A stretch of 64,000 nucleotides of DNA. Origin: Guillardia theta CCMP2712. Taxonomy: Eukaryota > Protista > Cryptophyta. Positions 35,936 through 48,442 of this stretch are shown one piece after another (position 1 is the first letter of the stretch; each line of letters starts with the position of its first letter). The notes beneath the pieces were generated by a model that saw nothing but the letters and a program-made list of their open reading frames with translations, had not been told where the DNA came from and searched no databases. A program made the translations under genes and the position numbers. The stretch is taken from the NCBI RefSeq assembly GCF_000315625.1, contig NW_005434585.1, positions 200,616-264,615 on the forward strand. Direction: 5' to 3'.

Positions 35936-38865
35936 CCTCCTCCTCCTCCTCCTCCTCCTCCTCCTCCTCCTCCTCCTCCTCCTCCTCGTGCTCCTCCCTC
36001 CTCCTTCTCTTCCTTTCCTTCTCGTTCTCGCTCCCTCTGTCAGTCCTCCCTCCCCCTCAGCACCCTGGACTTTGTCGACATGATCAAGAGGCATGCGGAG
36101 CAAGAGCTCATGGCCGACAGCTCCTTCGCTTCCTCCTCCTTCCTCTTCAGCCGAGTCAAGTCCGACGGCAACGATGTCGTCCTCGAGCCGTCCTCCGATC
36201 CCGGCGGCAGCGATCCTCGGCTCAACTTCAGCTTCGTCCTCCAGCACGCGCTAGGGAGGGTGAGGCTGAGGATGAGCAAAGGAGAACCGGTCGATTTCAT
36301 CCTCGACTGCGGCAGGCCTTGTCCTCCAAGCGGTGAATCCCCCCTCCTTCCCCCCTCACCACCACCACCTCCTCCTCCTTCTCCTCCTCCTCCTTCTCCT
36401 CCTCCTCCTTCTCCTCCTCCTTCTCCTCCTCCTCCTCCACCTCCGTCTCCTCCTCCTCCTCCACCTCCGTCTCCTCCTCCTCCTCCTCCTCCTCCGTCTC
36501 CTCCTTCTCCTCCTCTCCTCCTCCTCACTGACGCTGATGATGCCGCAGCGGTAGGAGGAGAGCGATATCATGCGTTGCTCCTGCAGATTGCCGATGCTTC
36601 CACCCCTCAGCTGGACCCCAGGGACTCAGCCGAGCCGTTCCGGGGGTGGGGGGAGGAGGAAGGAGGAGGAGAGGTCTCCTCCTCGGTCTCCATGATCGAC
36701 CTGCGGCTAAACGCCATCAACTTTGCAGTATCGGGATGGCAAGGAGGAGGAGGAGGAGGAGGAGGAGGAGGAGGTGGAGGTGGAGGTGGAGGTGGAGGTG
36801 GAGGTGGAGGTGGTGGTGGTGAAGGAGGAGGAGGAGGGAGGCTTGTCTCCTACTCCTTGTTGGAGATAGAGACCTGCTCCCTCTACGTCCACCTCAAGGG
36901 CTTGCTCAAGGGGAAGCCGGAGCCGCTAGGGGAGGAGAGGGCGATAGGAGAAGTGTCCGGGATCCTCGTGTCGCTAGAGAGGAGGAGTATGAGCATGCTG
37001 TTGGAGGCTGTGCTCCCCTTGCAGCGGGGGAGGAGCGGCAGGTCCCACAAGTCGAAGAGGAAGGAGAAGGACGTTGCTGTTCCTTTCCGCATCCACTTTC
37101 AGAACGTGCGGCTGGTGGTGTGCTCCGAGCTCTGCCCTCTCCTGCGGGAGTCGCAGCTGTTTGCGAGGAAGGAAGGCAAGAGCGGCAGGAGCCCGTTGAG
37201 GAGGAGAGAGAGGGAGAGGAGGAAGGGGGAGGGGGAGGAGGAGGAAGGGAAGGAAGAGGAGGAGGAGAGACGAAATCTTTCAGGAGTGTTTGGCATCTGC
37301 CTACTGCAGGGGGTTGTGGAGCAGGACGAGGAGAAGAATTTGTTAGTCCGGCTCTCGCACGAGGACGTCGACTTCCCGCAAGTGTTGAGGAGGGGATGTC
37401 AGAGGAGGTCAGCTATCGTCGTCTCGTTCCGGGAGAAGCATGCTGGCACAGACAGTCTGCTGGTGCCATCGTGGGAGGAGGGAGACAACGAACTGCAGTC
37501 GGAATGGAGGGAGGAGAAGAGGAGGAAGCAGTGCACTGCCGAGGAGGAAGGTCATATCCTGCTGAGCGTGCGATCGCTGCAGCTGCAGCTGGGGGCGGAG
37601 GATGCGGTGGTGGATAATCGCTTGGAGGACAGCGCGGAGGACTGGAGGGAGCTGTACAAGAGCAACAGCGGCAACGACCAGCCCGTGCGAGGAGACTCGT
37701 ACCAGGAGCGGGAGAGCGTCACCTGCCAGCTGAGCAGGAGGCTGTCTGTGGATGTCAGGGGGGTGCGAGTGTACTGGGAGTCCAGCGTGCAGTTCTCCTT
37801 GCTGATCCTGCTGCTGCAGTACGTCAAAGAGGCTCTGGAGATCCGTCGGAGGCAGGACATGTTCCCCCACAAGCCTGAGTGGACTTCTGTGCACAGCGGA
37901 CGAGAGCAGGACGGGGAGGAGTGTGCGCTGGAGGACAAGCTTAAGAAGTTGGGGATCAAACAGTTCTCCCTCAGCCTCGCTGACGTCATCGTCAACCTGC
38001 AGTTCAGCCCCCGCGCCATCATCGCCCTGCGCATGGCCTGCTGGCGTCTCGACCTGATGAGGGTTGTGGTCGACAAGGAGGCTGCCAGGCTCCTCAAGTG
38101 GTTCTTCTGCTGCCGCGTCTCACAGTTCGCCGCGTATCGTCTCCGTGGCTCGGTGTGGGACGCAGAGTACGAGGAGGAAGACGAGGTGAGGGAGGAGGAG
38201 GAGGAGGCGAGGGAGCCGTCCATAGCGCACGATAAGATTGTGGAGTTGACGGCGCTAAGGGCAATGGTTCCTCTGGAAGTAGCAAGCGCCAAGAAGGCGG
38301 AGTACGCAGGGCCGGACGTTGTGTTCCACTGCGACGACCTCAAGGTCAACGTGCCGTTCCCCGCCAACATTACCCTGCACGGACGGCAGGAGGGGCTACG
38401 AGGGAGGTGGGAGGACCAGCCGGCCGATGCTGACAAGCGAGCGGCTGCTGCGGAGTTGGGTGAGCTGACGGGAGGAGGAGGAGGAGGAGGAGGAGGAGGA
38501 GGAGGAGGAGGAGGAGGAGGAGGAGGTTGTCAGCATTAGAGCAAACTTCATATCATACCCTGCTGACGCATCAGAGCCTGTCAAACATTGTCTGACATGA
38601 CATGACATGACATGACATGACATGACATGACATCTTTGCTTGACGCTGACATGTGTCAACAGGTCTAGTGATGTCCGACGTCCTGCTCGTGATGAAGGGG
38701 CTGCTGCTGCTCGCAAAGAGTTTCGCGGAGGAGGCAGAGGGATCAGAGAAGAACAAGCACAAGGTCACAGGTTTCCCTCCTGCCCTCCCCTGGTTCCGAG
38801 GCAGCATCTCCAACATCTCCATCAGAGTCGAAGACGACCGGTCCTTCCTTCCTCCTCCCCTCGTT

Positions 38866-38919
<54 letters not shown>

Positions 38920-39477
38920 ATCCTGATCCTGATCCTGATCCTGCTCCTGCTCCTGATCCTGCTTTACTCCTACTACTCCCTATTTCTACTCCTTCACGTT
39001 CTGTTCACCCCCTGTCCCTTTGCCCCTCTGCTCTCGTTTCTACTTCCCTTCTGATCTCGCTCCCCTCTCCTCCTCTACTTCCTCCCGCCCCCCCCCTCAC
39101 CCCCTTTTCCTCTTCCTTCCTCTCCCTTCATCTTCCAAATGCTCATGGCCTGGTAGGTTCGAGGTCTGGATGAGCGCCTTCTACCGCCTGCAGCTGGACG
39201 AGAGCAGGGAGAGGGAGAGGAGAGAAGCGATCCTCGAGGAGAAGCTGGCGCAGCAAGTCGTAGGCAACCAGCTCTCTGCTCAGGCTGCGGTGAGAGCGCG
39301 ACCTTTGCTGCTCCTCAGGCTCTGACGCCTCCTCAAGGAGAAGCTCGAGAGTCTTGCTCGGGCAAGGACGATGGAGATGCAGTCGGTGAGAAAGGAGGAG
39401 GGGGAGGAAGAGGAGGGGGAAGAGGAAGAGGAAGAGGAGGGGGAAGAGGAGGAGGAGAGGGAGGAGGAGGCGGAGAG

Positions 39478-39509
<32 letters not shown>

Positions 39510-39860
39510 AGAGGAGGGGGAGGAAGAGGAGGAGGAAGAGGAAGAGGTGGGGGAAGAGGAGGAGGAGAGGGAGGGGGAGGAGAAGAAGAATGAGGACGAG
39601 GCGGGGTGGAGGGGGGAGGAGGAGGGGAAGGATGGCGTCTGACAAGCTGTTGGCAGCGCTGCTGGAAGGAGCGGGTAGACAAGTTCAGCCTCTGCGACTA
39701 CTTCAGAGATCCTCCTCCCCTCCTTAACTTCACCGTCGGCTCGCTCGCTGCCAAGTTCAAACCTCTTCCTCCTGCCCACCTCGAGAAACAGGTTTACTTC
39801 CCCCCCCTCAGGATCGTTTCCCATCCTCCTTATCAGCAGCTCTTTTCTGACCATCTTTGT

Positions 39861-39950
<90 letters not shown>

Positions 39951-40627
39951 CCTCCCGCATCTGCTCATCTACTCTTCTCACCGAGAGCAGGTGGAGGCGC
40001 TGGATCTTTCCGGCATCAACATGAAGTCAGGCTTGTGGCCGATCTTCGACATGATTGTCGGCGCAGAGGTCGAGCAGCTCACAGCCACCAGCGTCTGCGT
40101 GCGCATCCGAGACTACAGCGAGCCGCTGCTGGCCACCTCCTCCCTCAACGTCACGGGGAAGAAAGGGAAGCAGCTCAAGGGATACATCATCGCTACTGAG
40201 GAGGTCGCCCCTGCTACTCATAGGACTGTCGTTGAAAAGGTTCGACTGCTTGCCTTCCTCCCGCTGCTCCTGCACCTGCTCCTCCTCCTGCTCCTGCTCC
40301 TGCTCCTGCTCTTGCTCCTCCTGCTCCTCCTCCTCCTCCTCCTCCTCCTCGCCGCCATCCCCATCGTTCTAGCCCAAAGCTTTCTTCGATTTCTTTCTTC
40401 CTCTCCCCTCCCTTCCTCTCCTCTCATCCTAGGTTTGATACTTCTGCAGCAAATTCATCCTGAATTTCCCCCTGTCCGCATCCCAAAATCCTTCGCCTCT
40501 ACTAAGATTTGGATGCAACTTGACGTCAATATTTGCGAGCCCAAGGCGAGTTTGAGCCTCCTCCTCTTCCTTCCCCGCCCCCCCCCCTGCTCCTCCTCCC
40601 CTTCCTGCTCCTCCTGCTCCTCCTGCT

Positions 40628-40669
<42 letters not shown>

Positions 40670-41430
40670 CCCCTTCCCGCTCCTCCGCCTCCGCTGCACT
40701 GCCCCTCCGGAAAGCCCCCTCCCCCTTCTATCAGGGTCCTTCTCGTCTTTACTGGACCTCAACTCCTCCTGCTCCTGCTCCTCCTCTTCCTCCTCTCGCA
40801 TCTCATCGACTCTTCAGGTTGCGTACGGTCCCTGCTATGTTCCCGGCATCGGCATCATCAGCATGGTCGCCTCCTGCCTGTTCCCCCCTGGGATGGATCC
40901 AAGTCCTCCTCTTAGCTCCTGGGACAAGGTATCTCCTTCCTTCCTCCCCCTCCCCTCCTTGCTCCTCCCGCTACCTTCTCCCCTCCTTGCTCCTCTTTCT
41001 CCTCTTCACTCTCCTTCAATGCATCTGCTTCCCTCCTCCTCTCTCGCCCCATGCCCCTCCTCCTTCCCTACTCTCTCCTCTAGTCACCCCCCCCATCTTT
41101 CGTGATGTTCCGCTGCCTCATCAGGCGAGGATGCTCCTGCACGGCAGCTGCGACCTCCACATGGACAAGGCCTCGCTCCGCCTCCTCTCAGACAAGAACC
41201 CTTACGAGGTAACACGGAGCAAGAGCAGAGAGCAGAGGGCAAAGAGCAGAGAGCAGGAGTAGGAGTAAGACTACACCTTGTATATCTGACCTTTATCTCT
41301 TCTCCCCATCAGGCGCGCCAATGCTTTCAGATGCGAGCTGAGCCAGTTACCATCACCTACGAGTGCTCGTCGCCCTCACCGTCTCCTTCCATCGTCTCTC
41401 CCCTGGCAAAACCCTCCTCCTCTACCGCTA

Positions 41431-41462
<32 letters not shown>

Positions 41463-44400
41463 GTGGGGAGGATCCACATCGACGTCGAGATGGTCGAGTG
41501 GGCGATTCAGAGCATGAGCAAGGAGATGGCGAGCTACATGCTGCTGCGCAAGCCTTTCTTCAAGGCCGTCAGGATGAACATCACAGTCAGGTGACGAAAG
41601 GATGTCCGCTCCTCCTCCTGCTCCCTCCTCTTCTGCTCCTCCTCCCCCTCCTGCTTCCCTTCCTTTTGCTCCACCTTCCTTCCTCTGCACTTCCTTCCTC
41701 CTCTTGCTCCTCCTCCCTCTCCTCCTCCCCCTCCCCCTCTTACTCCTCACTCTTACCCTCACAGCTTGCACTGGAACTGCCTCGGGTCTCCCTTCGAACA
41801 TCATCTTACCCAGATGGTCTCCGAGACCATGACAAGAGCCAACGGGAGCGGCTCCCCGCCCCCTCCTCCTCACCTCTCCTCCTCCTCCTATCCGGACAGG
41901 ATCTCGCGCAACTCGTCGGAAATCAGCGAGTTCGAGGATGCGATCTCGGCAGTCGACGACAGCCAATGGGACGCCCCCAGCAGCCACCCAGCTGGGGAAG
42001 ATGAAGCTGAGGAGGGAGGGGAGGAGGCAGGTGGCGGGGTGCTGGGGTCGAACTTCGACACCTTCCGGTCGTTCCGCTCCTCCGCGCTCGCGTTGACGTC
42101 CAGGTTGTCAACCTTTGCAGCTCACAGCGTCTTGCATCTCAACACCATCCGATGGCTCAAGGTCTACTCCTCCTTCCCTCCTCCAGCTCCATCCCTCCTG
42201 CCTCCCCTCGTTCCCCTCTCCCTTCCTTCCTCTGCCTTCCTTGCTTCTCCTGTCTCCCTCCCCATTGCTGCTTCCCTCCCTCTCTCCCTGCTCACCTCCC
42301 TCCCTCCTCTGACTAGCCCTGCAGGCGTTCATGTCTGCGTTCGAGATGGACGCTGATCCCGTGATCCGATTCACGGGGAAGGTGGAGGAGAGGAGCGGGA
42401 AGTGCTGGAAGGTGGCGAACGTCAAGAGCTCGTTCGGCAAGCATGTCAAGGCGATGAACATCATGCTGCTCAGCAAGAACCTGGAGCTCGACTGCTTCTA
42501 CGTCGGAGAGCACAGGGAGTTTGCGGGGGAGGCTGCCGCAGCCAAGAGCACAGTGCTGGCGTTCACTGGGGAGAGTCTGCAGGTGAGGAAGAGGGAAGAC
42601 TGGAGAGGAGTGGAGAGAGGAGGGAGGAAGAGAAGAGGGAGGGGAGATGGGAGTAAGATAGCTGCTGTCGTGCTGTGTCGTGCCTCAACACACTTCCCTC
42701 AGTCTCCTTCCCTAAGTGTCATTCCCCAAGTCAGCAACGTGCTTTTCTCAGCTCTTGCTCGCAACTTGTTCCTCTGTATCTCAATTGTGTCTCACAGGAT
42801 GACATGTATCTCCCCAGCATCTCGCGTGTATCTCGCGAATCTCACTTGTATCTCACTTGTATCTCGCAGGTCAACACGAGGGTGGAGCGATCGTCGCTGA
42901 GCCTCGGCGGGGAGCAGCAGCACGAGGACGCGGTTGACGACCTGGAGAACGCGACCGGGTCATGGCAGACGGTTGATACCTCCCTGAGGATGAAGAACCT
43001 GGTCGTCGCCGCCCTCCCTCCCGTCGTCGGAGAAGACTTGACCGTCTCTCCTGCTCATCCCATCGCCTCTGCAGTCGAGGTCGAGTTCCTCTCCGGTGAA
43101 TCCCTGCAGACCAAGGGCAAGTCGCAGGTCGACTCGCTGTCGCCGCAGCGGACGAACAGGACGGCGTCGATCACTCGGAGCATGGAAGCAAAGCTGAGCA
43201 AAGACCCGTCTAACTTAGAGGGAGCTGAGATGCACCAGTGGCTGCTCAGGCAGCACAGCATCCTCAGCTGGAGACAACGCAGGAGGTCAGCTCAGTCTCC
43301 CCAGCCTGCCCAACTCTCCGTCTCCTCCCTCCAGCAGGTGCTCAGCAGCCTGGTGAAGGCGAGGCTCATCCACGACCACACCTACCGCTTCAAGGTCTAC
43401 CACCGCGTCTTCCTGGGCACTCAGTTCGTCGACTGGTGCCTGCAGGAGAACTGGAGCAGCTCGAGGGAGGAGGCGGTGGTGCTGGGGCAGAGTCTCATGG
43501 ACGAGAAGTTGATCCGTCGGGTCCCGCAGTCCCCTCACTTCGAGGACTCGCCCACCTTCTACCGCATCCGCGAGTCTGTGGTCCCCGAGCAGACGGTCGA
43601 GCTGGACAGCAACAGCTGGAGCAAGGTGTGGGGGAGCCAGAGGCCAGGACGGGCCAAGTTGAAGGAGGAGCAGGGGATGGTGGGGAACGAGGACCCCTCC
43701 TTCAAGCTCATTCTGAGGGGGCTCTGCCTCCAGTGGACCAGCGAAATCCGGGAGATCATGAGGGACTGGCAAGTCCTCTACACCCTCGCCACCCGCTCCC
43801 ACGTCAGCCGCAGGTACCCTGTGATCGACTGCTCCAGCTCGCCCCCAGCTGAGAGCTCCCCCTCCACGATGACTTCGGATGAGGAGGCCAGGGTCTCCCC
43901 AGCTCTGGCCCAGCCCTCGTCCTCTTCAGCAGCGATGCTGGAGAGCGAGGCGGGGGTGAGCCTGGTGGAGCATCTGATCAAGACGTCGATGCTGCAGACG
44001 AGCGCGTACGTCGAGTCGAGCCAGGGGAAGGACGGGGAGCGAGGCTTTACCTCCATCCTCACCTCCCCGCGGGGAGAGGACAGGAGCACGACCTCCAACA
44101 TCGTCAGCTCCATCGCCCTCCTCAAGAACAAGATGCCCAAAAGGTGCGACGTGCGGTGGATCGTGCAGTTCCTGGACGCGCAGCTCGGGGTTGAGACGGG
44201 GGAGCTGGCCGGGCCCGGGTCGGGAGCTGAGAGGGTCATCGTGCATGCTGAGAGCGGGACCATGAAGCTGCTCTACTTCGACTTCTCGTCCGGGCAGGGG
44301 GTGGGAGGGGAGGGGAACAAGTCAGACACGGAGATCAGGCTGCTGGAGATGAGCAACCTGCAGGCGTTCGTGGTAGAGAAGGACCGGGAAGCCGACGCGT

Positions 44401-45564
44401 CCGCTGGGAGGGGAGAGCCGTCGAGCATCGTGGAGAGGTGGGGGACGACGGTGTGGAGGACGAAGGAACAGGGTGCCGACCTGCTCCAGCCCGTCCTGTC
44501 GATCGAGGGGCTGGACGAGAGGGGCCGGCCGGACCCGACGGGAACTGCCATGTCCCTCTCGCTCTCTAAGGCTGTGACCGACCTCATCGGGAGCCAGACG
44601 CAGACCAACGCTCCCAAGGAGTCAGCTGGGGAGCAGGCGGGGTCGGAGGTTGAGGTTTTGTTCTTCAACCTGAAGCTGGCAACGGACACGAGCCAGTTTC
44701 CCCCCCTGCTGAACTGCCTCAAGGACATGATGACGCCTGTGTCGGCCGACAAGTTCATGGCAGAGGAGACGAGAAACATGCGGCATATGGTTCAGCTCAT
44801 GCCTCAGGTGGCGCTTGACCTCGAGAAGATGAAGGAGGACCAGGTAAGGAACCCTCCTCGTACCACTACTACTCTTTCTCCTCCTCCTCCTCCTCCTCCT
44901 CCTCCTCCTCCTCCTCCTCCTCCTCCTCCTCTTACCTTGTCGTCCAGCTGCGCCTCCTGCAGGAGATTGAGAGTCTACAGAACCGCTACGCCGACATCGA
45001 ACGACAGCAGCTAAGCATCTCCTCGGAGGCGCGGGGGCAGGACGGTGAGCTGAGGGCCATCTGGAAGCAGCAGGAGAAGGAGAAGTTCGTGCTGGGGAAC
45101 CAGCTGGCGGAGAAGAGGGAGGGGTACGCGCAAGTCTCCAAGAAGATCACTGCTCTGACCACAGCGTCGGAGGCGTCGGAGCAGAAGGACAGGATAGGGC
45201 GGATCACGCTGCAGGTCAAGAGGGGGTCGTGGCTCATAGGGCCGAGGGAGAAGCGGATAGCAAACCTGTCCATCCGGGGGGTGAGGTTTTCCCAGCTCAA
45301 CAACGTGGCCCTTGGGGTTCCCATCGACTACACGTTCCGCCTTTCCTTCCTACAGATCGAGAGCTTGCTCGAGGACCCGGTGACTCCCAAGATTCTCCCC
45401 TTCTTCCTCCTCATCCTCCTCATTCTCCTCCTCCTCCTGCTTCTCTTCCTCATCCTCCTCCTTCTGCTCCTTCTACCCCTACTTGCTTTATCCAGCTGCT
45501 CTTGTTTCTGTTGCTGGTACCCACACTTCTTCCTCGTCGTCTGCTGCTCCTGCTTTTGCTCCTA

Positions 45565-45602
<38 letters not shown>

Positions 45603-47363
45603 GCCGCTGCTCCTGCCGCTGCTCCTGCTGCTCCTGCTGCTGCTTCACTCTCCGCCCACTCCTCTCCCATCTCACTCTACGCTTGCCGTCCTTCTTCTCA
45701 CACATCGGATCTGCAGTGGAACGCCGACTTCCGGCAAGTGCTCGGACCTCTCTACAGCAAGGATGACTTCAACTTCGTCGACGACAAGTTCTTCAACAGG
45801 AGCGACTCAGCCATGCTCTCTGTGCATGCCGAGCAGCTGGCCAAGCCCGAGGGAGATCAAGTCGTTTTCTCCCTCTTCTCTGTTGAGATCTATCCTATCA
45901 AGATCCAGATCACCGAGGTCTTCTCATCTCCTCCTCTCTCCCTCGCTTCCTCTCTCCCTCCCCTCCTCCATTTCTGCTCCCTCCCCTCATTCCCTGTCTC
46001 TCCCTCCTTTCATGACGGCGGCTACTTCTGCTCCTACTCCATTCATCTTTTCCTTCCCCGTTATCTCGCTTCCTCTCTCCGTTTCCTACCTCCTTTCTTC
46101 TTGTATGGCACTGAATTCTTTCCTCTATCTCCCCCTCCTTCCTCACCCTGCATCCTCTTGCCTCCCTCCCTCCATCCCTCCGCCCGCCCGCCCTCCTCCC
46201 CTCCCCTCTCCTCTCTTCCCTTCACAGGACCTCTACAATGGCATCTACACATTCTTCTTCCCCGGCAAGTGGAAGGTGAACCAGGGACTGAGGGAGTGGG
46301 AGCACGAGGGGCTCCCCCTGTACCTGTACGACAAGGAGAACCGCAAGGTCGTCCTCCTTGAGCAGAAGCGACAGTTCTACCATGTCGTCAAGAAGTCTGC
46401 TCGCCCCTCCCTCACCGACGACTCCAACCTCTTCTCCGTCTCCTCCGCCACGAGGAGGAAGAGCGTCGATGCCTTCGCAGGAGTGGATCAGGTCATCTCC
46501 TTCTCCTCCTCCTCGCCTTCCTTGTGCTCGTTCGCCTCGATCCCCTCCTCCTCTCGCCCTTCTTGTGCTCGTTCGCCTCGATCCCCTTCTCCTCACCCTC
46601 GTCCTCTTTCTTGTCCTCCTCCTCCTTATCCTCGTGCTGCTTGACGTCCTCCTACTCCTCCTCCTCCTGCCAACCCCTTGCCCCTGCTCACCTATCCCTC
46701 CCTTCCAAGTGTTGAAGGTCTCGTGGCTGCCAGGTGCGGGACGGGGAGGGCAAGGCAAGGCTCTACGAGGAAGCAAGCTTCATCTTCCCCGCAGGCGAAG
46801 GGTCGAGGTTCGTTGCGAGGACGAACAAGGACGTGGAGGAGATGAAGTTGAGAGCTCGCGATCACATTGAGTTCAACGACGTCCGCTTCCTCTCCTGCCT
46901 CCGGCAACGAGGCCTCGAGGTCTCCATCAGCTACAAGAGCAGGAAGGGAGCTATCCCTGACATCGACAACCTCGTCGTCGAGCTCCCCGACGTCAACTTC
47001 CCCAAGGAGCGGCAGCATGACGGCGCCATCGTGTGCACATGGCAGGAGCTGTACCACATGTGGCTGCACGAAGTGAAGTGGCCAGTCATCAGCCAGGTGA
47101 CCCGCAGCATCTGGGACAAAGTGAAGTGGAGGAGGAGGGCTGCAGACACAAGCTTCTCCGGCATGGAGGCGGTTGGGAAGGAGCGAGTGCTGGAGCGCAA
47201 GGGCTCGAGCGAGGAGTACAGCAAGGTGGCCAAGTCCATCTACTCCCCCAGGGGAGGCTCGATCCACACGGAGGAAGCGTTCCGCGAGAAGGAGATGCTG
47301 CAGGCACGGTCCTCCTACCTCACGCAGAAGAGCATCAGCCAAGTTCGCAACAGCTACTTGTAG
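33390..47363 (+). CDS. BLTP2: Bridge-like lipid transfer protein, BLTP2/Hobbit/KIAA0100/FMP27/SABRE family, with an inserted DEP domain; multi-exon
   Basis: N-terminal TM helices, then family motifs in order: IRVEDD|RFEVWMSAFYRLQLDESRERERREAILEEK, VRIRDYSEPL, VAYGPCY..DPSPPLSSWDK|ARMLLHG, LLSDKNPYE, LQWTSEIRE, WIVQFLDAQL, VEIYPIKIQITE|DLYNGIYTFFFPG, DVEEMKLRARDHIEF..ISYKS..DIDNLVVELP..CTWQEL. Confidence 0.9.
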
Positions 47364-47399
47364 TCCTCTCCTCTTGTACTCTGCTGTAAATCTTATCTC

Positions 47400-47789
47400 T
47401 CACGCGCTCTCCCCTTTGCGGTACCTCCACAACCCTCCATACCTGTAGTCCGGGTGGTCCAGGTCCCCGTCAGGTACTCCGCCACTCACATCCTTCCAGC
47501 ACTTCCCGCACACGAGCCTCCAGCCCTGCCACTCCTTGCAGCTGCACCGGATCAGAACCTCGCACTCCTGCTTCTCGCATCGCTCGCAGCTCTTCCTGCC
47601 GCTCTGCCGCTTCGCCTGCTTCTGCTCCTTCGCCGCCAGCTTTCGGTTCTTCCTTGCAAGCTTCCTATCCTCCTCGGAGAGCAGCCGCTCATCTTTCTTC
47701 GAGATGACTTCTGGCTTGACCGATGATGCATCCTCCACCGCCTCATCCAGATGCACTTCGCCAAGGTTCTCGGATCCAACCGCTGTCAT
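47400..47789 (-). CDS. Small conserved Cys-rich hypothetical protein (CxxC..LIRC..VCxKCW..VSGG..DG..HP.YRYGGxW); may have an N-terminal targeting extension
   Basis: Lys/Arg-rich coiled segment followed by CERCEKQECEVLIRCSCKEWQGWRLVCGKCWKDVSGGVPDGDLDHPDYRYGGLWR. The frame is open upstream to 48041 with a hydrophobic then Arg/Pro/Ser-rich stretch. Confidence 0.75.
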   Translation of the reverse strand: MTAVGSENLGEVHLDEAVEDASSVKPEVISKKDERLLSEEDRKLARKNRKLAAKEQKQAKRQSGRKSCERCEKQECEVLIRCSCKEWQGWRLVCGKCWKDVSGGVPDGDLDHPDYRYGGLWRYRKGESA

Positions 47790-48055
47790 GCTCAGCAGTC
47801 TTGCTCGCACGAAAGGAGGTGAAGTCCAACAAGGCTTCACCTCTACAGGACGGAAAGGTAGAGAAGGAGCTCGTAAAACCAGCACGTTCACCGAAGTCAC
47901 TTGCTTCAGGATGAGCGAGGGGACGAGAAGCAAGAGGTTGAGGTGAGGACGAATCTTGACGACGGAGGCAATCACGGGTTTAAGAGAGGAGTGGATGCTG
48001 AAGGGCGGCACGCGCAGAGAGATTGAAAGAGGACGATCCAAGTTGTATCGATGTT

Positions 48056-48205
48056 GGAGGAGGAGGAGGAGGAGGAGGAGGAGGAGGAGGAGGTGGTGGT
48101 GGTGGTGGTGGAGGAGGAGGAGGAGGAGGAGGAGGAGGAGGAGGTGGTGGTGGTGGTGGTGGTGGTGGTGGAGGAGGAGGAGGAGGTGGTGGTGGTGGTG
48201 GTGGT
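48056..48205. repeat. (GGA/GGT)n compound microsatellite
   Basis: Read directly; it artificially extends ORF 48023-50134 upstream. Confidence 0.95.
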
Positions 48206-48442
48206 GCTTTGGACTTTATATGTCCAAAATACAACCAGCACAGGCTGCATCGGGCCTGCCAGATATCAGTGGAATTCCACCCCTACCCACCTACCCACCT
48301 ACCAGCCAGCCTACCAGCCCCCTACAGACCTACCTACCCTAGTCCCTACCCCACCCTACCCCCTCGTTCCCTGGTCCCACACCATCCCCACCTATCGGAC
48401 CACTTCTTTTTTTGGACGGCCCGCCAGCTCCTAATCGGCATC

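Noticed and set aside
48023-48442. Poly-Gly N-terminal extension of the LRR protein
   Set aside because: It derives from a (GGA/GGT)n microsatellite with a non-ATG start; a proper signal peptide starts at ATG 48443.
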